A DNA stretch of 64,000 nucleotides, taken from positions 139,914,737 through 139,978,736 of the forward strand of contig NC_052160.1 in NCBI RefSeq assembly GCF_902713615.1, given 5' to 3'. The stretch is from Scyliorhinus canicula (taxonomy: Eukaryota). The notes under the pieces are model-generated. The model was not told the origin of the DNA. It saw nothing but the letters and a program-made list of their open reading frames with translations, and searched no databases. Position numbers and translations under genes: made by a program. Positions 37,459 to 64,000 of this stretch are shown here, one piece after another. Each line of letters starts with the position of its first letter. The first letter of the stretch is position 1.

Positions 37459-40400
37459 CTATTCAAACCTGTATCAAAGTAGGTGACAGTAAATAAACAC
37501 CCCGGGAAACATTCTTCCCAACAATCAACTGTACAGTTTGTACAGATTTTTCTCCATTTTCACCCCCCCTCCCCATCACCCCCCACCCACCCCCCTCCCC
37601 AGCAACCCCCCCCCCCCCACCCCCCCGACTTCCCTGCGACAAACCGCTCCTCAAACACGATCATAAACATCCCCCACCTTTCCTCAAACTCCCCTGCTGA
37701 GCCCCTTCACTTATATTTTATTTTCTCTAACCGCAGGAAGTCATACAGGTCACCCAACCAAGCCGCTACCCCCGGTGGCGATGCCGACCGCCACTCCAGC
37801 AAAATTTGCCGCAGTGCAATCAGAGAGGCGAAGGCTAAGACATCGGCCTTTCTCCTCTCCATGAGCTCCGGTTTCTCTGAAACCCCAAATGTCGCCACCA
37901 AAGGGTCCGGGGTCCCACTCCCTCCTTCACTATCCTGGCTAAGACCGCGAACACTCCCGCCCAGAATCTTCCCAATTTTTCACAACCCCAAAACATGTGC
38001 GCATGATTCGCTGGCCCCCGCCCACACCTCTCACACTCATCTGCTACCCCCTGAAAGAACCCACTCATTCTTGCCCGAGTCATATGCACCCTGTGCACCT
38101 CCTTAAACTGTATCAGGCTCATCCTTGCACAAGAGAAGGTCCCATTTACCCCTCGCAGTGCCTCACTCCATACTCCCCAATTAATCTCCATTCCCAACTC
38201 CGCTTCCCATTTCTCCTTGATCTTCACCACCCGCTCGCCTCCCCACTCCCCCAGCCACTTATATATATCCCCAATTCTTCCCTCCCCTTCCACATATGGA
38301 AGCAGCAGTCGCTCCAGCATGGTGTATCCCGGCAATCTAGGGAACCCCTTCCAGACCTTTCGTGCAAAGTCCTTAACTTGTAGATACCTGAACTCACTGC
38401 CCCACGGCAGCTCTACCCTCTCCCTTAGCTCCTCCAGACTGGCAAACCCTTCCTCTAAATACAAATCCCTCACCTTGACGAGCCCCACTTCCCTCCACCT
38501 CCTGTATACACTATCCATCCCCCCCGGCTCAAACCCATGGATCTCGCACAGCGGCGTTAGCACCGACATCCCTTCCACCCTAAAATGTCTCCTCAGCGGA
38601 CTCCATATCTTCACCGTGGACTGCACGACTGGGCTCCCTGAATACCTACTCGGAGCCATTGGCAATGCTGCCGTCACCATAGCCCTCAAACTAGACCCCT
38701 TACAAGATTCCTCCTCCATCCTAACCCATTCTACCCCTTCTCCTTCCCACCACCACTGCACCTTGTCCACATTCGCCGCCCAATAATAATGAAGCAAGTT
38801 TGGCAAAGCCAACCCCCCCTGCTGCCTCTGCCTCTGTAGCAGGGTCCTCCCCACCCTCGGTACCTTCCCCGTCCATACAAAGTCAGAGATGATTGTGTCC
38901 ACTTTCCGAAAAAAGACCTTTGGTATAAAGATCGGGAGAGCCTGAAAGATTAACAAGAACCTCGGCAGAATATTCATTTTCACCACTTGGACCCTCCCCA
39001 CCAACGTTAATTGTAATGTATCCCACCTCTTAAGATTCTCCCTGGCCTCCACCATCAGCTTCGTTAAGCTCCACTATTGGAGCCCCGTCCATTCCCTCGC
39101 TACCTGAATCCCCAAATAGCTAAATCTATCCCTCGCTACCGTAACTGGCATCCCCCCTAAATTAGCCCGCTGTGCCAGCTCATTCACTGGGAATACCTCG
39201 CTTTTCCCGACATTCAGCTTGTATCCCGAGAACCCTCCAAACCTCCCCAACAGACCCATAATCCTTCCCATACCCTCCAAAGGATCCGAAACATACAGCA
39301 AGAGGTCATCAGCATAGAGCGACACCCGATGCTCCCTCTGTCCCCTCATTCTCCCCTGCCACTTTGCCGACCCCCTGAGAGCCAATGGCTCTATGGCCAA
39401 CGCAAACAGCAGCGGCGACAGCGGGCACTCCTGCCTCGTACCTATGTGTAAGTCAAAGCTTTGTGAGCTCATAACATTCGTCCTAACCCTCACTCTTGGA
39501 GCCACATACAGCAACCGCACCCATGCCACAAATCTCGGCCCAAACCCAAACCTTCCCAAAACTTCGAACAAGTACCGCCACTCCACCGGATCAAATGTTT
39601 TCTCCGCGTCCATGGACACCACCACCTCCGGTACCAGAACGCTCGACTGATTCATCACCACATTCAACAGCCGTCTTATATTACTCGCGAGCTGCCTGTC
39701 CTTCACGAAGCCTGTTTGATCTTCTGCAACCACCCCCGGGACACAATCCTCCATCCTCCCCGACAACAACTTAGCCAATACTTTCACATCCGTATTCAAC
39801 AGTGATATGGGTCGATACGACCCACATTCCACCGGATCCTTCCCTTTTTTCAGGATCAGTGTGATTACTGCCTGCTTCATCGTCTCCGGCAACTCCCCCT
39901 TCTCCAGTGCTTCATTAAACGCCCCCAACAGATGTGGTGCCAGGTCCGCCGCAATTTCCTTATAAAATTCTGCTGGGTACCCATCCAGCCCAGGGGCCTT
40001 CCCCGACTTCATACCCCTGATACTATCCAGCACCTCCCTCAGCCCCAGGGGCACCAACGCCTGCCTCTTTGCTTCCTCCACCTGGGGAAATTCCAGCTCG
40101 TCCAGAAACCACCCCATGTCCCCCTCCTCTCCTCCTGGGTCTGCCTCATAAAGTCCCTGGTAATACTCTCGAAATGCCTCATTTATCTTCACTGGCTCTG
40201 ACACCACATCCCCATCCCCAGTCCGGATCTTCAATATTTCCCTGGACACAGCCTGCCTCCGCAGCTGGTGCACCAGCATGCGGCTCGCCTTCTCCCTATA
40301 CTCATATTGCACCCCTCTTGCCCCACGCAGTTGCCCTACCGCCCTCCCTGTTGTCAGCCTGTCAAACCGCCCCTGCAACTTTTTCCTCCTCTCCAATCCC

Positions 40401-41586
40401 TCCACGGTCGGCACCCTCGAATATTCCCTGTCCACCTCCACTATCTCGTTCACTAGACGGTCATATTCTGCCCTCCTTTCCTTACTCGCACGAACTGTAA
40501 ATGAGATCATTTCTCCCCAGACCAGTCCCTTCAATGCTTCCCAAAAAATGCCCGCCGACACCTTCCCATTCTGATTGTACTCCACATAATCCCTAATCGG
40601 CAACCGCACCTTATCACAACAACCTCCATTCGCCAACAACCCCCGAGTCAAACCTCCACCCCGGCCTCTGCTCTCGTCCCGTACTGAACCGAATATCCAG
40701 CCAGTGGGGTGCATGGTCTCTCTGAACCGAATATCCAGCCAGTGGGGTGCATGGTCCGAGATAACTATCCCCACATACTCTGCCCCCTCCACCCCAATCA
40801 AAATCTCCCGACTCACTACAAAGTAATCAATCCTCGAATACACCTTACAGACGTGTGAAAAGAAGGAATACTCCCTTCCCCCTGGGCTCTGAAAGCGCCA
40901 TGGATCCACCATACCCATCCTCTCCATAAGCCCCACCCCCCCAGCTCCCTTGCCATTCGTACCCTGCCCATCAACCTGGGGCTCGATCTATCCACCCTCG
41001 GTTCCAGGACACAGTTAAAATCTCCTCCCATGATCAACTGGTACGTGGCCAAATCCGGGATTGCTGCCAGCAACCCCCTCATAAAACCCGCATCATCCCA
41101 ATTTGGGGCATACACATTTGCCAACACTACCGGTGCCCCTTCCAATACCCCACTCACAATCACATATCTCCCACCCGGATCCCTCACCTCCTTCGCACTC
41201 ACGAATCCCATTTTTTTGCTCATTAAAATCGATACTCCCCTTGATTTCAAATCAAACCCCGAGTGAAAAACCTGCCCGACCCACCCCTTCCTTACCCTAA
41301 CCTGGTCCTTCACAAGGAGGTGTGTCTCCTGCAAAAAGACAACCTCCGCTTTCAAGCTCCTGAGGTGCGCGAACACCCGCGACCTTTTAACCGGCCCATT
41401 CAGTCCCCGGACATTCCACGTTATCAACCTTACCGGAGGCTTGCGCCTCCAATCCCCTCTACCGTCCGTCATCTTCCCCATTTAACTCCTGCCCCTTTTA
41501 ATTCTACTCTACACCTAGCCCATCCCAGACGGCCCCTTTCTTCGCCCTTGATCATGTCATCTCTCACCCCCTGCCGCGCGCAGAAA
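37459..41586 (-). mobile_element. 5'-truncated L1-clade LINE (degenerate ORF2: endonuclease, RT, CCHC)
   Basis: ITWNVRGL, LQETHL, GGDFN, SDHAP, YRPISLLN, YADD, C..C...H.FW.C. 12-bp TSD TACAATTGCATT (37447-37458 and 41587-41598). Frameshifts and a 38-bp-period tandem duplication at 40684-40756. Confidence 0.93.
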
Positions 41587-41789
41587 TACAATTGCATTGA
41601 TAGATGCCATTGACATTTAATCATGTGATAAATTGTAACTTTCCAAAGTTTGATGTCACTTAAATTGGAAACAATATTTGTTTTTCCAACAAGGTCATTA
41701 TGTTTGACATTTTCCATAATGGAAAAACTTTTCATGACCTGATATGTTATCCAAATCTGTCGACCACGGAATGGATTGATCCTGATGAC

Positions 41790-41796
41790 TATAAAA
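41790..41796 (+). promoter_or_regulatory. TATA box of gene B
   Basis: TATAAAA about 80 nt upstream of the ATG; conserved in the gene C copy. Confidence 0.8.
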
Positions 41797-41874
41797 GCAG
41801 CAACAACCAGAACCCATTCACATTGGAATTTGACATTTCCTTGTGGTTTCCTTCAACTACTCGAAGAGGCAAAA

Positions 41875-63217
<21,343 letters not shown>

Positions 63218-63390
63218 TTTATTCATCCATGACGTTGTTTAAGTTGCTTCCTTTTCCTCTCTCCAAATCACAACTACAAACATCGCCTGAATTCCTCACA
63301 ATCTCCAAATGCACTGGCCAACACAGTAGCAGCACAAATGGTGAAAAATATTATTGGTAATGATTTTTACAGATGAAGATGACATTTGTT

Positions 63391-63396
63391 ATTAAA
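63391..63396 (+). terminator. Candidate polyadenylation signal of gene B
   Basis: ATTAAA about 175 nt after the stop. Confidence 0.45.
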
Positions 63397-63544
63397 ACGA
63401 ACAAGATAAAGATGACCTGTTTAGCGTGAATCTATTTAGAGTTTTACATTGCAGATGATTATTCGAAAGGATTAATGGAGAATATTAAAAAATTAACATT
63501 ACAGTGGCAAAATTTCTTTAATAGCTCTGATCTCTTTTTTGATA

Positions 63545-64000
63545 TAAGACATTGGAGCAGAATTGGGCCACTCGGCCCATCGAGTCTGCTCCGCCATTCA
63601 ATCATGGCTGATATTTTCTCATCCCCATTCTCCTGCCTTCTCCCCATAACCCCTGATCCCCTTATTAATCAAGAACCTATCTATCTCTGTCTTAAAGACA
63701 TTCAGTGAATTGGCCTCCGCAGCCTTCTGCGGCAAAGAGTTTCACAGATTCACCACCCTCTGGCTGAAGAAATTCCTCCTCATCTCTGTTTTAAAGGATT
63801 GTCCCTTTAGTCTGAGATGGTGTCCTCTGGTTCTAGTTTTTCCTACAAGTGGAAACATCCTCTCCACATCCACTCTATCCAGGCCTCGCAATATCCTGTA
63901 AGTTTCAATAAGATCCCCCCTTATCCTTCTAAACTCCAATGAGTACAGGCCCAGAGTCCTCAAACGTTCCTCATACGACAAATTCTTCATTCCAGGGATC
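63545..64000 (-). mobile_element. CR1 3' end (continues beyond the window)
   Basis: YEERLRTLGLYSLEFRR.RGDLIE...FFSQRVVNL. Confidence 0.88.

Noticed and set aside
37835-41481. L1 ORF2 as an active or domesticated RT gene
   Set aside because: Split by frameshifts, 5'-truncated without ORF1, and carrying an internal tandem duplication.

Overview
Eukaryotic genomic DNA, almost certainly from a cartilaginous fish: the V-SINE/HE1-type SINEs, CR1 LINEs and other repeats look shark-like. The window holds a pepsinogen (pepsin A-like aspartic protease) cluster that the ORF track misses because the exons are short. Gene A is complete on the minus strand (CDS 30060->17766, 9 exons, 388 aa, DTGS/DTGT motifs). 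Gene B is complete on the plus strand (41875->63217, 9 exons, 391 aa) and divergent, with a DSGT second motif and a nearly neutral prosegment. Gene C shows only its promoter and exon 1 (698->643, minus) and runs off the left edge. C and B sit in the two arms of an inverted segmental duplication (about 1-9105 vs about 33925-43219) that brackets gene A. Each arm later gained a different LINE insertion at almost the same promoter position, displacing a 181-bp block that is identical in both arms (candidate enhancer). The rest is nested CR1, L1-clade LINEs, solo LTRs, SINEs, MITEs, Penelope-like remnants (one with a minimal hammerhead ribozyme motif) and two large minisatellites that produce the long spurious ORFs. 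All coordinates were derived by hand from splice signals and reading frames; family names are by recognition, not database search.
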